Positions 18,562 to 27,895 of a DNA stretch of 64,000 nucleotides are shown here, piece after piece. How positions within the stretch are numbered: position 1 is the stretch's first letter; the number at the start of each line of letters is the position of its first letter. Location: contig CAYRKM010000001.1 in assembly GCA_964425075.1 (NCBI GenBank), positions 266,484-330,483 on the forward strand, read 5' to 3'. The notes under the pieces are model-generated. The model was not told the DNA's origin, made no database searches, and was given only the letters and a program-made list of their open reading frames with translations. The stretch comes from an uncultured Gammaproteobacteria bacterium. Its GTDB lineage: Bacteria; Patescibacteriota; Microgenomatia; Levybacterales; GWA1-39-11. The position numbers were made by a program, and so were the translations under genes.

Positions 18562-20004
18562 ATGCCCCACATGAACCTTGCAAGATTTAAGATTTTACTC
18601 TTACTAATTTTTGTAGCACTTCTAATTGGATTTGCATTCAAAGACACTCAAACCGTAAAGAAAGAATTTAAGGAACCAAAGCACATAGTTCTTATCACCA
18701 TAGATTCCCTAAGAGCAGATCATATGGGGACTTATGGATATGATAAAAAAACAACCCCTTTTCTTGATTCACTTTTTAAAAAAGGTGTTACTTTTGATAA
18801 GGCAATTACCCCGGGTTTTCTAACATTTCAAACCGATTCAGCAATCTTCTCGAGTCTTTATCCTTCTCAAAATAACGTTATGACTTTTTCAACCCCAATT
18901 AACAAAAACCTTCCTATTTTGCCACAAATTCTTAATATTTATGGATACAAAACCGCAGCATTTGTTTCTCCTAGCGCAGGGCCTCAGTTTGGATGGAGCG
19001 ATAAATTTCAAACATACAAGTGGAATCAAAATCTTAAAAACATAAAGTCCGCAAAGCTTGACGTTGCTTCTTGGTTAAATTCTAACAACGAGCCTTCCTT
19101 TCTTTTTTGGCACATATATGATGTTCATATTCCTTTTGTAAAACCCTCTAAGGAATTTTATAAAAACACATACTCTGGCCCCTTTTCCAATCAAGACATG
19201 TGGAAGCAAAGCTGGCAAACAAAAAACACCTTTTTTACAAAAAAAGATTCTGATGATCCCAATAAATTTACCCCGATTGCAATGAGTCAAACGGACGTCG
19301 AATATATTAAATCATCGTACGACACTGGGGTTTCCTATGTAGATGAAGAGCTTCGTTTGTTTTTTAATTCTATAAAAGACAAACCATTTTTTAACGATAC
19401 GCTTTTTATTATCACATCAGAACATGGAGAAGACCTAAAAGAGCATGGGTATATCTTCCATGGAGATATTTATAATGTAAATATTCATGCGCCACTTACC
19501 TTTATCTATCCTTCTTTAAAACCACAGCGCATACAAGAAACCGTTTCCTCTCTTGATATCTTACCAACGCTACTTGAACTACTAGGCATCCCGCAACTTG
19601 AAAGAGCTGAGGGAATAAGCCTAGTCCCGTATTTTTCAGGCAAATCCGTTAACCCAAACAGAAGTGTTTTTACAGAAAGACCTCCATTTGATGAATATGC
19701 ACTTCATAAAGGAAAATGGAAATATATTCTAAGAAATTCAAATAAGCTAAAGACAATTATTCCTGAAAATAAAGCAGATCTTCTTTTTTCAAATATTCTA
19801 AAAAGTGACAACACATTTACCGACGAACTTTATAATATCGATAAAGATCCATACGAACAACACAATCTTATTGGAATGGGAATAGAAGAAGAACAAATAC
19901 TAAGAGAGGAAATAATTTCTTTTCGGGAAAAAATGAGAAATGAAAGAAGGGCAGACGAAGATATCCCTTCGGTAGATCCTGAAAAACTGATACCATATCC
20001 ATAG
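18562..20004 (+). CDS. Sulfatase-like hydrolase/transferase (alkaline-phosphatase superfamily), membrane-anchored
   Basis: N-terminal TM then VLITIDSLRADHMGTYGY (metal-binding Dxx[RH]xD region). Nucleophile is Ser/Thr rather than the Cys/FGly of true sulfatases. Confidence 0.6.
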   Translation: MPHMNLARFKILLLLIFVALLIGFAFKDTQTVKKEFKEPKHIVLITIDSLRADHMGTYGYDKKTTPFLDSLFKKGVTFDKAITPGFLTFQTDSAIFSSLYPSQNNVMTFSTPINKNLPILPQILNIYGYKTAAFVSPSAGPQFGWSDKFQTYKWNQNLKNIKSAKLDVASWLNSNNEPSFLFWHIYDVHIPFVKPSKEFYKNTYSGPFSNQDMWKQSWQTKNTFFTKKDSDDPNKFTPIAMSQTDVEYIKSSYDTGVSYVDEELRLFFNSIKDKPFFNDTLFIITSEHGEDLKEHGYIFHGDIYNVNIHAPLTFIYPSLKPQRIQETVSSLDILPTLLELLGIPQLERAEGISLVPYFSGKSVNPNRSVFTERPPFDEYALHKGKWKYILRNSNKLKTIIPENKADLLFSNILKSDNTFTDELYNIDKDPYEQHNLIGMGIEEEQILREEIISFREKMRNERRADEDIPSVDPEKLIPYP

Positions 20005-20006
20005 CT

Positions 20007-21395
20007 ATGAAAACTAAAATACTTATACTTCTTGCGTTTATTGCTATAAGCGGAGTTGCTATTTATTTTAATAAAATAAAAAAAACTACCACCCTAAAAC
20101 CTCAAAACGTAATACTAATTTCTATAGACGGCTTGCAGGCAAACCATCTTGCAAAATACGGATATTATCTTAAAACTACTCCAAATTTAGATAAATTTCT
20201 GGATGACTCCTACCTTTTTACTAATGCCGTAAGTACATCGTCCTGGACAGTTCCTTCACATATGTCAATTTTTACATCAATGTATCCAAGTGAACACAAG
20301 GTAGTAAATAAATTTATTGACTTTAATTCCACAACCCAAAAAGGAACAGTTGCTAACTTAAAAAAACTAACCCCCCAAGCCCTAACCATTGCAGAAATTC
20401 TTAAAAACAATGGTTATGTGACTGGAGGATTCACAGGAGACGCTGGAGTAGGAAGACAATTTGGTTTCTCTCAAGGTTTTGATGAGTATTACGACTCAGA
20501 AACTTTTGGAGGACTTGAGGGAAGCATCCCAAAAGCCATAAATTGGCTTTATAAAAATAAAGGTAAGAAATTTTTTCTATTCCTTCATGGGTATGACGTG
20601 CATGGCCAACACTCCCCAAAAGGGGGGTTTGACTATAGATATGTTTCAAAACCATATAAAGGCTCGTATACAGGAAGTCCTGCCGAGCAAGGAAAACTTC
20701 GCGAAGAAGGCTTGAGGAATGGAACATTAAGTCTAAATGATGAAGATGTTTCCTTCTGGCGAGCAGTTTATGATGAGAAAATTAATCGCGCGGACTCAGA
20801 ATTTAAGAATTTTATGAAAAAAGTAGAGGAGATGGGTCTTATGGACAATACTCTTATTGTTATTATTAGCGACCATGGCACTGAGTTTTATGAACACAAA
20901 AGATTTGATCATGGACACACCCTCTACGGAGAGCTTGTTGATGTTTTGTTTGCGATTCATCTTCCTGGTCAAAAAAACGGAAAAGAAATTAAAAACTTAG
21001 TATCAACAATGGACATTTTACCAACGATCTTAAAACTTCTTGACATCGAAAAACCACAAGGAAATCAAATTAAAGGAATTGATTTAACTTCTAGCTTTAA
21101 TGGTAATGATATTTCGCGAAATATATTTACCGAAACCGATTACAGGCTCTATACACATAAAAGGGCTGTTCAAACACCAGAAGGATGGAAATTTATTCTT
21201 ACGATAAATGGTCTTGAAAAGGAATTATATAATTTGAAAACTGACCCTGGCGAAAATTTGAATTTAATAGACAAAGAAACGAAAAGAGCATATGAGATGG
21301 AGCAAATACTATACAAGCACTTAAAGGAGATGGGTTCGTTAGATGGCCCGTGGATAATTGGATGCTCTCCGGTATATGCCGACCAATGTAAATAA
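20007..21395 (+). CDS. Sulfatase-like hydrolase/transferase, paralog of the upstream gene
   Basis: VILISIDGLQANHLAKYGY and TSSWTVPSHMSIFTSMYP (sulfatase-signature-like with Thr/Ser nucleophile). In tandem with 18562..20004. Confidence 0.6.
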   Translation: MKTKILILLAFIAISGVAIYFNKIKKTTTLKPQNVILISIDGLQANHLAKYGYYLKTTPNLDKFLDDSYLFTNAVSTSSWTVPSHMSIFTSMYPSEHKVVNKFIDFNSTTQKGTVANLKKLTPQALTIAEILKNNGYVTGGFTGDAGVGRQFGFSQGFDEYYDSETFGGLEGSIPKAINWLYKNKGKKFFLFLHGYDVHGQHSPKGGFDYRYVSKPYKGSYTGSPAEQGKLREEGLRNGTLSLNDEDVSFWRAVYDEKINRADSEFKNFMKKVEEMGLMDNTLIVIISDHGTEFYEHKRFDHGHTLYGELVDVLFAIHLPGQKNGKEIKNLVSTMDILPTILKLLDIEKPQGNQIKGIDLTSSFNGNDISRNIFTETDYRLYTHKRAVQTPEGWKFILTINGLEKELYNLKTDPGENLNLIDKETKRAYEMEQILYKHLKEMGSLDGPWIIGCSPVYADQCK

Positions 21396-21398
21396 AAT

Positions 21399-21635
21399 CT
21401 ATCTAAACCTAGACAGAAATAAATAGGCTGTAATTCCCAATAGGAGAGGGTAAATTATAAAAAGAAAAAGTTTTGAAAGAATAGAATTCTCAGAAATTGC
21501 TTTAAGAAAACCCACTTTTCCTGCGTTATTCAAAAAAGGATACCAAGTATCAATTCCAAGTCTTGTAGCAACAACATTCAGAAGGATTGCAACCAAAAGA
21601 ATCACCCATCCAAGAATAAATATTTTTACCACCAT
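21399..21635 (-). CDS. Small hypothetical membrane protein (2 TM)
   Basis: 78-aa hydrophobic ORF. Confidence 0.3.
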   Translation of the reverse strand: MVVKIFILGWVILLVAILLNVVATRLGIDTWYPFLNNAGKVGFLKAISENSILSKLFLFIIYPLLLGITAYLFLSRFR

Positions 21636-21791
21636 ACAAATACTATACTAAATACAAATATCTTTTAACATTACCTTTAAAAAAACTGGGGCTAATTTGC
21701 TTCAAATTCGATAAATCTTGATTAGCACTGTATAATGTAAATTAGGAAAGGAGGAGCAGTAGATTTAAATCATAAATCTACGAAAAATAAT

Positions 21792-22097
21792 ATGACAGGT
21801 ACAGTTAAGAAAAAGACAGACAGAGGGTTTGGATTTATTTCCATCCCAGGACAGGACAAAGATCTTTTCTTTCATTCTTCAGCACTAGTCGGAGTTTCTT
21901 TTGATCAACTTCAAGAGGGAGCAACCGTTAGTTTTGATGTTGAGAATGGAGAGAATGGTCGCCAAAGTGCAAAAAATGTACAACTTGCAGAAGGAAACGC
22001 ACAAGCACCAGCTGAAGAAGCTAGCGAAAGCGAACCTAATGAAGTAAGCGATCAAGCCGAATCAAGCGAGTCCACCGATCAAGGTGAGCAAGCTTAA
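21792..22097 (+). CDS. cspA: Cold-shock domain protein with acidic C-terminal tail
   Basis: GTVKKKTDRGFGFISIPG...DLFFHSSAL (RNP1/RNP2 motifs of CSD). Upstream 5'UTR hairpin AGATTTAAATCATAAATCT. Confidence 0.8.
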   Translation: MTGTVKKKTDRGFGFISIPGQDKDLFFHSSALVGVSFDQLQEGATVSFDVENGENGRQSAKNVQLAEGNAQAPAEEASESEPNEVSDQAESSESTDQGEQA

Positions 22098-22278
22098 TTG
22101 GTAATACAAAAAAGCCTTGTTTTATTCGCCCTTCAAGAAAACCCTGAGCTTGTCGAAGGGATGAATTGAAGTAAGAAAACATCTTCTTTAGAGAATACTT
22201 CAAGCTAAAACTTGGGGAAGATGTTATTACAGGGTTTTTTTGTGCCTATTTAATTAAATTTGTGTTATAATTCCCCAT

Positions 22279-22425
22279 ATGGCAAAAAGACCAACGGGAG
22301 TGGGCAAAAGAGGAAGAGTCCATTCACCAAAAACAAAAAAGAGGCTTTCTATAAAAGCAGCAATGCTTAATGCGCTTACTTTAAAACGTGGCTACAAGGG
22401 CAAAAGAAAACCAAAGAGTCAATAA
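22279..22425 (+). CDS. Unannotated 48-aa highly basic small ORF (MAKRPTGVGKRGRVHSPKTKKRLSIKAAMLNALTLKRGYKGKRKPKSQ)
   Basis: ATG-to-TAA ORF not in the supplied track (under 60 aa). Lys/Arg rich like small ribosomal or nucleic-acid-binding proteins. No family recognised. Confidence 0.25.
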   Translation: MAKRPTGVGKRGRVHSPKTKKRLSIKAAMLNALTLKRGYKGKRKPKSQ

Positions 22426-22630
22426 TTCTGTAAATATTTCTTCAGGGGTTTCCAATAATAATCTTCCCATCCTTTTTCAATTTCTTTTTCAAATTCTTCT
22501 GGTACGTTTTCATGTGTAAATTCAAGTTCCGTTCCGTCTTTAACAGAATTTTCTGTGGTAAAATCACTATATGACACAGAAAATAAGAACCACTTCTGAA
22601 CCTTGTTTTTTGTTTTGACGGTAAATCAAT

Positions 22631-23083
22631 ATGACACAAAAAATTACACCATTTTTGTGGTTTGACAAAGGAAAGGCGAGTGAAGCCGCAAAGTTTTATG
22701 CCGCGGTTTTTAAAGATTCAAAAATTCTGACTCCAGAGAAATATGAAGGGACTCCTTCCGGAGAAATTGAAATAATCACGATTGAACTATTCGGCCAACA
22801 ATTTACCCTTATGGGAGCAGGCCCCGAATTTAAATTCAATGAAGCAGTATCTTTTATCATTGACTGCGATGGACAGGAAGAGGTTGACTATTATTGGGAC
22901 GCTCTTATTGCAGATGGCGGGGAAGAGTCTCAATGTGGCTGGCTTAAGGATAAGTTTGGACTATCGTGGCAAGTGCTCCCAAAACAACTAAACGAAGCGT
23001 TGGCAGACCCCAAAAGGTCAAAATTTACATTGGAAGCAATGCTTAGGATGAAAAAAATTATAATTGCAGATCTTGAAAAATAA
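22631..23083 (+). CDS. VOC-family protein, PhnB-like (3-demethylubiquinone-9 3-methyltransferase-like fold)
   Basis: N-terminal ITPFLWFDKGKASEAAKFYAAVF typical of the PhnB/COG2764 family. Confidence 0.55.
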   Translation: MTQKITPFLWFDKGKASEAAKFYAAVFKDSKILTPEKYEGTPSGEIEIITIELFGQQFTLMGAGPEFKFNEAVSFIIDCDGQEEVDYYWDALIADGGEESQCGWLKDKFGLSWQVLPKQLNEALADPKRSKFTLEAMLRMKKIIIADLEK

Positions 23084-23091
23084 ACGTATTC

Positions 23092-23448
23092 ATGAAGTCT
23101 TATAAAAACATCGATGAATATATTGAGGACTCTGATCAGAAAGTAAAAATCTTGCTCCAAAAATTGAGGCATACTATTAAAAAATCTGCGCCAAAAGCTA
23201 CAGAAACAATAAACTACGGTATTCCTACATTTAAGCTAAATGGTAAAAATTTGGTACATTTTGGTGGATTTAAAAACCATATAGGCTTTTACCCAACACC
23301 AGGTGGAATAAAAGAATTCGAACAAGAACTAAAAACGTATTCCAAGAGCAAGGGTGCTGTGCAGTTCCCTCTAGACAAACCCCTTCCAACCGGACTAATT
23401 GAAAAAATTGTAAAATTTCGTGCCCAAGAAATCAAAAGAAAAGGGTAG
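23092..23448 (+). CDS. DUF1801 (YdhG-like) domain protein
   Basis: YIEDSD...LRHTIKKSAPKATETINYGIPTFKLNGKNLVHFGGFKNHIGFYP pattern. Confidence 0.5.
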   Translation: MKSYKNIDEYIEDSDQKVKILLQKLRHTIKKSAPKATETINYGIPTFKLNGKNLVHFGGFKNHIGFYPTPGGIKEFEQELKTYSKSKGAVQFPLDKPLPTGLIEKIVKFRAQEIKRKG

Positions 23449-23513
23449 GGAAAAAAGCCTGGGACTTCCTTTTGTAAACTCTTCAGTTTGATACCGCATG
23501 GTATAATTAATGT

Positions 23514-23759
23514 ATGCCAACAACAAAGAAAACCGAAACATTTAAAATAAATGGAGATGAGCTTTTAAAAAAAGTTAAAGAGCTTATTAAGGAGGGTAAT
23601 GTGAGAAGAATAATTATTAAGGACAAAAAAGGAAAAAGTCTAATTGAACTTCCCCTAACTCTTGGCGTGATTGGTGCAGTTATTGCCCCAATGCTTGCTG
23701 CCGTTGGTGCGGTTGCTGCCCTTGTTACCGAATGCACAATTACCGTTGAGAGAGATTAG
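23514..23759 (+). CDS. Small DUF4342-like protein
   Basis: 81 aa with a KINGDELLKKVKELIKEGNVRRIIIKD N-part and a GVIGAVIAPMLAAVGAVAAL Gly/Ala hydrophobic C-part. Confidence 0.4.
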   Translation: MPTTKKTETFKINGDELLKKVKELIKEGNVRRIIIKDKKGKSLIELPLTLGVIGAVIAPMLAAVGAVAALVTECTITVERD

Positions 23760-23808
23760 TCCTTCTTCTAATTATTCTATCCGCCTCTTTTAGTATTATA
23801 ATTTATAG

Positions 23809-25311
23809 ATGAAGTTGTTCTTGTATCTATTTCTAGGCATCCTTTTTTTCTATCTTGTCTATCTTTGCTCCTTTTCAGCTCTAAATGGCGAATTAGTTTT
23901 TTCAAATGACGTTGCACGCAATTTTTTACTTCTTCAAGAACTTGACCAGAAAAAAATAGTTCTAATTGGACCACGCTCAAGCACTCAGGGACTTTTCTAT
24001 AGCTCATTTTTAACATACATGAATTACCCGGCTTATCTAATTGGAGGAGGGAATCCGGTAATAGTCGCCTGGTTTTGGGTTCTTGTGGGACTATTTATGT
24101 TTGTAACAAGCTTTTTTATGGCAAGGAAATTATTTGGCGTATTTCCTGCGATTGTATATGTTTCGATTATTGCTGCAAAACTTGTTCCAAAATCAAGTGA
24201 AATCTTTGAACCAATGGCAATCTATTTTGTAATGCCATTTTTTTTATACATGATTATTCAATATGTCAAAACAAAAAAACTATCCTTTTTGGTAGGGCAT
24301 TTAATTGCTCTTTCTATCTTTATCCATTTAAGCATTGGCATAGGATTGCAGTTCTTAATACTATCAACAGCTATTATTTCTTTCGTGATTATAAGGAGTA
24401 GAAAATGGAAACATTTATTGTCCTTTATTGTCCTTCCAGTCAGTCTTATTAATCTTATTGTGTTTGACATAAAATACGGATTTGGCATGACAAAAGCGCT
24501 TTTTTCAACAGGGGGAGCAACTAAGTTTTTTGTAACAATTCCAGAGTGGATAGACGACAGAATGCGACACATGGTATCCCTTGAGCTTTTAAACAACACT
24601 ACATTCTTGTGGCTTCCGATATTTGTTCTTGTCATGTTTTTTACTTTTCTTTCAATAAAAAATGACAAAAAACAACGCCCAATATATATATTGTTTTTGA
24701 TCTATTATTTTGGCTATCTTGCTCTTTCTTTCTTTAATAAGGGACTACTTTTAACTCACTACATGTTTCTTCTTATTCCCCTTACCTCCCTTTGGGTCGT
24801 TTCATTTCTTAAAGGAAAATATAAAGTTATTTTTATTCCAATTCTTGCAACCATCTTTCTTCTCAATCTTCAATATGCGATTGGTTTTACCAATTCCCTA
24901 AAGACCTCTTACATTGGGCGCGCTCAGGACTCATGGGTTGGACTTTTAAATGTTGCAAAAAACATTTCTTCCTCCCAAGAGGGAAAAGAATTTGGATATT
25001 ATGTTTTTGCACCTGATTCATATGCTTATCAACCAAGATACGCGATGATTTATGGTTTTAAAAAATATGGAGCAAAATCTTTTGAATATGAAAAATTGGA
25101 TACAACTCTAGTAATTGCTCAAGCTCCACCAAAAAATGATAAGTACAAAGACTATAAATGGTGGGTAAAAGTTCCTGTGGGAATAGTAAAGGACCCTGTG
25201 GGAAAAACCTCTTTCCCGAATGGCTATACTGTCCTTAAATATAACCTAACTGAAAATGAGAAGAGGGTCGAGCATGATAAAGCAATAGAACTTGGAATAC
25301 ATTTTAGATGA
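23809..25311 (+). CDS. Polytopic membrane protein (about 12 TM) with C-terminal soluble domain; possible envelope glycosyltransferase-type protein
   Basis: 500 aa, many hydrophobic helices; no motif verified. Confidence 0.4.
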   Translation: MKLFLYLFLGILFFYLVYLCSFSALNGELVFSNDVARNFLLLQELDQKKIVLIGPRSSTQGLFYSSFLTYMNYPAYLIGGGNPVIVAWFWVLVGLFMFVTSFFMARKLFGVFPAIVYVSIIAAKLVPKSSEIFEPMAIYFVMPFFLYMIIQYVKTKKLSFLVGHLIALSIFIHLSIGIGLQFLILSTAIISFVIIRSRKWKHLLSFIVLPVSLINLIVFDIKYGFGMTKALFSTGGATKFFVTIPEWIDDRMRHMVSLELLNNTTFLWLPIFVLVMFFTFLSIKNDKKQRPIYILFLIYYFGYLALSFFNKGLLLTHYMFLLIPLTSLWVVSFLKGKYKVIFIPILATIFLLNLQYAIGFTNSLKTSYIGRAQDSWVGLLNVAKNISSSQEGKEFGYYVFAPDSYAYQPRYAMIYGFKKYGAKSFEYEKLDTTLVIAQAPPKNDKYKDYKWWVKVPVGIVKDPVGKTSFPNGYTVLKYNLTENEKRVEHDKAIELGIHFR

Positions 25312-25327
25312 ATTTAGTTTGAAAAAA

Positions 25328-25699
25328 CTAATTCCTATCTCCTAAATGAAGTAGTTTCCAAAAGGCGGTCAATAGGTAGCTTATTCCTATTGCAAACATT
25401 ATACTTCTTCCCCAAAAGGAATTAATCAAAACATCAACAAGTTGCGAAAGGCTTGAAAATCCCAGAAAAGTAGCAGTGAAAGCAGAGATGCTTAGAGAAA
25501 CCCCGAAAACAATTTTTATAATATTGTCTATCCTTTCAGCAAAAAGATAAGCAGGGCGGACCACCACAAGAGCCCCATTTATAACTGCAGTTTTCTTTTT
25601 GGGGGAGTGTGTTGGCTTTTTTTTAAATAAATGCTCAGCATAATCCTCAAAAAAATCCCCTATCTCGTCCGTTAGTTCTTCCCAAAATTCTTTTAACAT
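25328..25699 (-). CDS. Small hypothetical membrane protein
   Basis: 123-aa ORF with acidic N-terminus and 3 hydrophobic segments. Confidence 0.35.
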   Translation of the reverse strand: MLKEFWEELTDEIGDFFEDYAEHLFKKKPTHSPKKKTAVINGALVVVRPAYLFAERIDNIIKIVFGVSLSISAFTATFLGFSSLSQLVDVLINSFWGRSIMFAIGISYLLTAFWKLLHLGDRN

Positions 25700-25744
25700 A
25701 CTGCAATTATATCAATTTCTGCTTGTTATATTTATAATAATCAC

Positions 25745-26164
25745 ATGAATATGTTTAAACCATTACATGCCAAAACACCTGAGGAATATATTGAAAAACT
25801 TGATGAGCCACGACGTTCTGAAATTTTAAAACTGCACCAATTAATTATAAAAACTGTTCCAAAACTAACGCCCTATATTGAGACAGGAATGTTGGGGTAT
25901 GGAAAATTTCACTACAAATCAAAATCCGGCAGAGAAGGGGATTGGGCAATAATTGGGCTTGCCTCTCAAAAAAACTATATCTCCCTTTATATTTGCGCTA
26001 TTGAAGACAATGAATATTTAGCTGAGAAAAATAAAAAGCTTTTCCCAAAAGCTTCAATTGGTAAAAGCTGTATCAGATTTAAGAGAACTGATGATATTGA
26101 TTTTAATAGCCTTACTACAATTATTAAGAAGGCTGAAAAGGCTGGCGGATTCCCAAGTAATTAA
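25745..26164 (+). CDS. DUF1801 (YdhG-like) domain protein, second copy
   Basis: EYIEKLDEPRRSEILKLHQLI...YGKFHYKSKSGREGDWAIIGLASQKNYISLY. Confidence 0.45.
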   Translation: MNMFKPLHAKTPEEYIEKLDEPRRSEILKLHQLIIKTVPKLTPYIETGMLGYGKFHYKSKSGREGDWAIIGLASQKNYISLYICAIEDNEYLAEKNKKLFPKASIGKSCIRFKRTDDIDFNSLTTIIKKAEKAGGFPSN

Positions 26165-26709
26165 TTTTTGTATTCTTCCTTTATATCTTTCCCGTACTCC
26201 TTTAAGAGCTTCTGAATCTTCGGCGCAATAGTGTAAGAACAGTACCCCTGAGACTTATTATTCTCGTAATAATTTTGGTGATATTCCTCAGCTGTATAAA
26301 ATTTTTCAAACGGCACAATTTCTGTCACAATCGGGTCAGAATACTCTCCGCTATCAGCAACTTCGTCTCTTACTTCTAATGCTTCTTCTCTTTGAGAATC
26401 GTTATGATAAAAAATTACAGAACGATATTGCTCTCCAACATCATTTCCTTGCCTATCAACTGTTGTTGGATCGTGAAGGTGAAAAAATATTTCTAATAGT
26501 TTCCTGTAGGAAATAACCTCCGGGTCAAACTCTACCTGAACAACCTCAGCATGCCCAGTTACGCCCATTGACACCTCCTCGTATGAGGGGTTTTCACGTC
26601 TTCCCCCAGCATATCCCGAAACCACATCCTCAACACCCTTCAATCTCTTGAAAATAGCCTCAGTGCACCAAAAACATCCTCCTCCAAATGTAGCTGTTTC
26701 TAATTTCAT
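26161..26709 (-). CDS. msrA: Peptide methionine-S-sulfoxide reductase
   Basis: GGGCFWCTEAIF active-site motif; 182 aa. Confidence 0.9.
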   Translation of the reverse strand: MKLETATFGGGCFWCTEAIFKRLKGVEDVVSGYAGGRRENPSYEEVSMGVTGHAEVVQVEFDPEVISYRKLLEIFFHLHDPTTVDRQGNDVGEQYRSVIFYHNDSQREEALEVRDEVADSGEYSDPIVTEIVPFEKFYTAEEYHQNYYENNKSQGYCSYTIAPKIQKLLKEYGKDIKEEYKN

Positions 26710-26714
26710 TTGTC

Positions 26715-27107
26715 TTAATAGTTCTCCATTCCAATCTCGCTTAGTTCCTCCCTTGGCACAAAACGGATGGACAAAGAATTTACGCAGTGTCTTGTATCTT
26801 TTTCTGTCATACCTTCCCCCTCAAACACATGTCCTAGGTGACCACCGCAACTGGAGCATTGTATCTCTGTTCTCATCCCATCTTCATCAGCAATCCTCTT
26901 TACTGCATTTGGGAAATTCTCATCAAAAGCTGGCCAACCACAACCTGCATCAAATTTTGCTTTTGAGGAAAAGAGTGGAGAGTTGCACTGCCTGCAAATA
27001 AAGACACCATCTTTGTAAAAATCGTCATATTCGCCAGTAAAAGCCCTCTCTGTTCCTTTTTTTAAAATTACTTCTGCTTCTTCCTCAGTTAATTTATTTA
27101 GTCTCAT
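26715..27107 (-). CDS. msrB: Peptide methionine-R-sulfoxide reductase (SelR). Start placed at internal Met (MRLNK...), because the longer track ORF would overlap truB
   Basis: Two CxxC zinc motifs (CRQCNSPLF... CSSCGGHLGHVF) and a catalytic Cys region; about 131 aa from the internal Met. Confidence 0.8.
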   Translation of the reverse strand: MRLNKLTEEEAEVILKKGTERAFTGEYDDFYKDGVFICRQCNSPLFSSKAKFDAGCGWPAFDENFPNAVKRIADEDGMRTEIQCSSCGGHLGHVFEGEGMTEKDTRHCVNSLSIRFVPREELSEIGMENY

Positions 27108-27136
27108 ATATATAGTATGACACACAGTGTAAAGCA

Positions 27137-27895
27137 TTAAACATAAATACAATCCTCTATGCTTATTTTTCCAACTTTCAGCCTTTTTATGTGAAGTGCT
27201 AAAGCAGGAATTGCAAGCCTTTGTCCCATACTTTCCGCCAGAGAGCGCATGTAGGTACCCGAAGAGCATTCCACGATAACATCAGCGACAACATATTCAT
27301 CCTTTGACTTTCCCAATACTTCAAACCATTTTTTTATAATTTCCTCTTGCCTAAAATCCCCATTTATTTTTTTAATTTCCCCACTGACCCTTTCCAAAAT
27401 AACTTTGGCTGAAATTTTTTTGAATTTACTAACCTTAACCTCGTATATCTCAACTTCTCTTGTAGGAATTTCTATTTCTTTCAACTTATTTTTTCGTGCC
27501 CAATAATACATTGGTTTTCCGTTTACAGTTTTTGAAGAGTAGGGTGGATATTTTTGGCTCATTTTCCCCTGAAATGATAATGCCACTTTTTCTATGTCAT
27601 GTCTCAAAAGCTTCTTTGCGTTAGAGAAATCAGTAATTATTCCTAGAGCATCATAAGTGTCTGTTGAGATACCAAATAGAATTTCTACTTCATATGTTTT
27701 TCTTTCATTTTCAAATTTTCGCCTTTCCTTGTTTAAGTCTCCCACTAAAAGCGAGAGAACCCCTTCTGCCATTGGGTCAAGCCTGCCAGCATAACTTATT
27801 TTTTCGTTTCTGTATTCGTCCTTTAATTTTAGCCTAGAAATTACTTCAAGGGGTGTTAGTCCTTGAGGCTTATAAACATATATAATTTTGTTCAT
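27137..27895 (-). CDS. truB: tRNA pseudouridine(55) synthase
   Basis: ISYAGRLDPMAEGVL catalytic Asp motif; 252 aa. Confidence 0.85.
   Translation of the reverse strand: MNKIIYVYKPQGLTPLEVISRLKLKDEYRNEKISYAGRLDPMAEGVLSLLVGDLNKERRKFENERKTYEVEILFGISTDTYDALGIITDFSNAKKLLRHDIEKVALSFQGKMSQKYPPYSSKTVNGKPMYYWARKNKLKEIEIPTREVEIYEVKVSKFKKISAKVILERVSGEIKKINGDFRQEEIIKKWFEVLGKSKDEYVVADVIVECSSGTYMRSLAESMGQRLAIPALALHIKRLKVGKISIEDCIYV

Noticed and set aside
22442-22639. Minus-strand 65-aa Lys-rich ORF
   Set aside because: No motif and a low-complexity Lys tail. It probably reflects the AT-rich promoter/leader of the downstream PhnB-like gene; kept out of the feature list.
26648-27001. Plus-strand ORF 26648..27001, plus the long N-terminal extension of the msrB track ORF (27108..27269)
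   Set aside because: The plus-strand ORF is antisense to msrA/msrB. The msrB extension overlaps the truB coding region and precedes a conserved internal Met, so the shorter msrB start is preferred.
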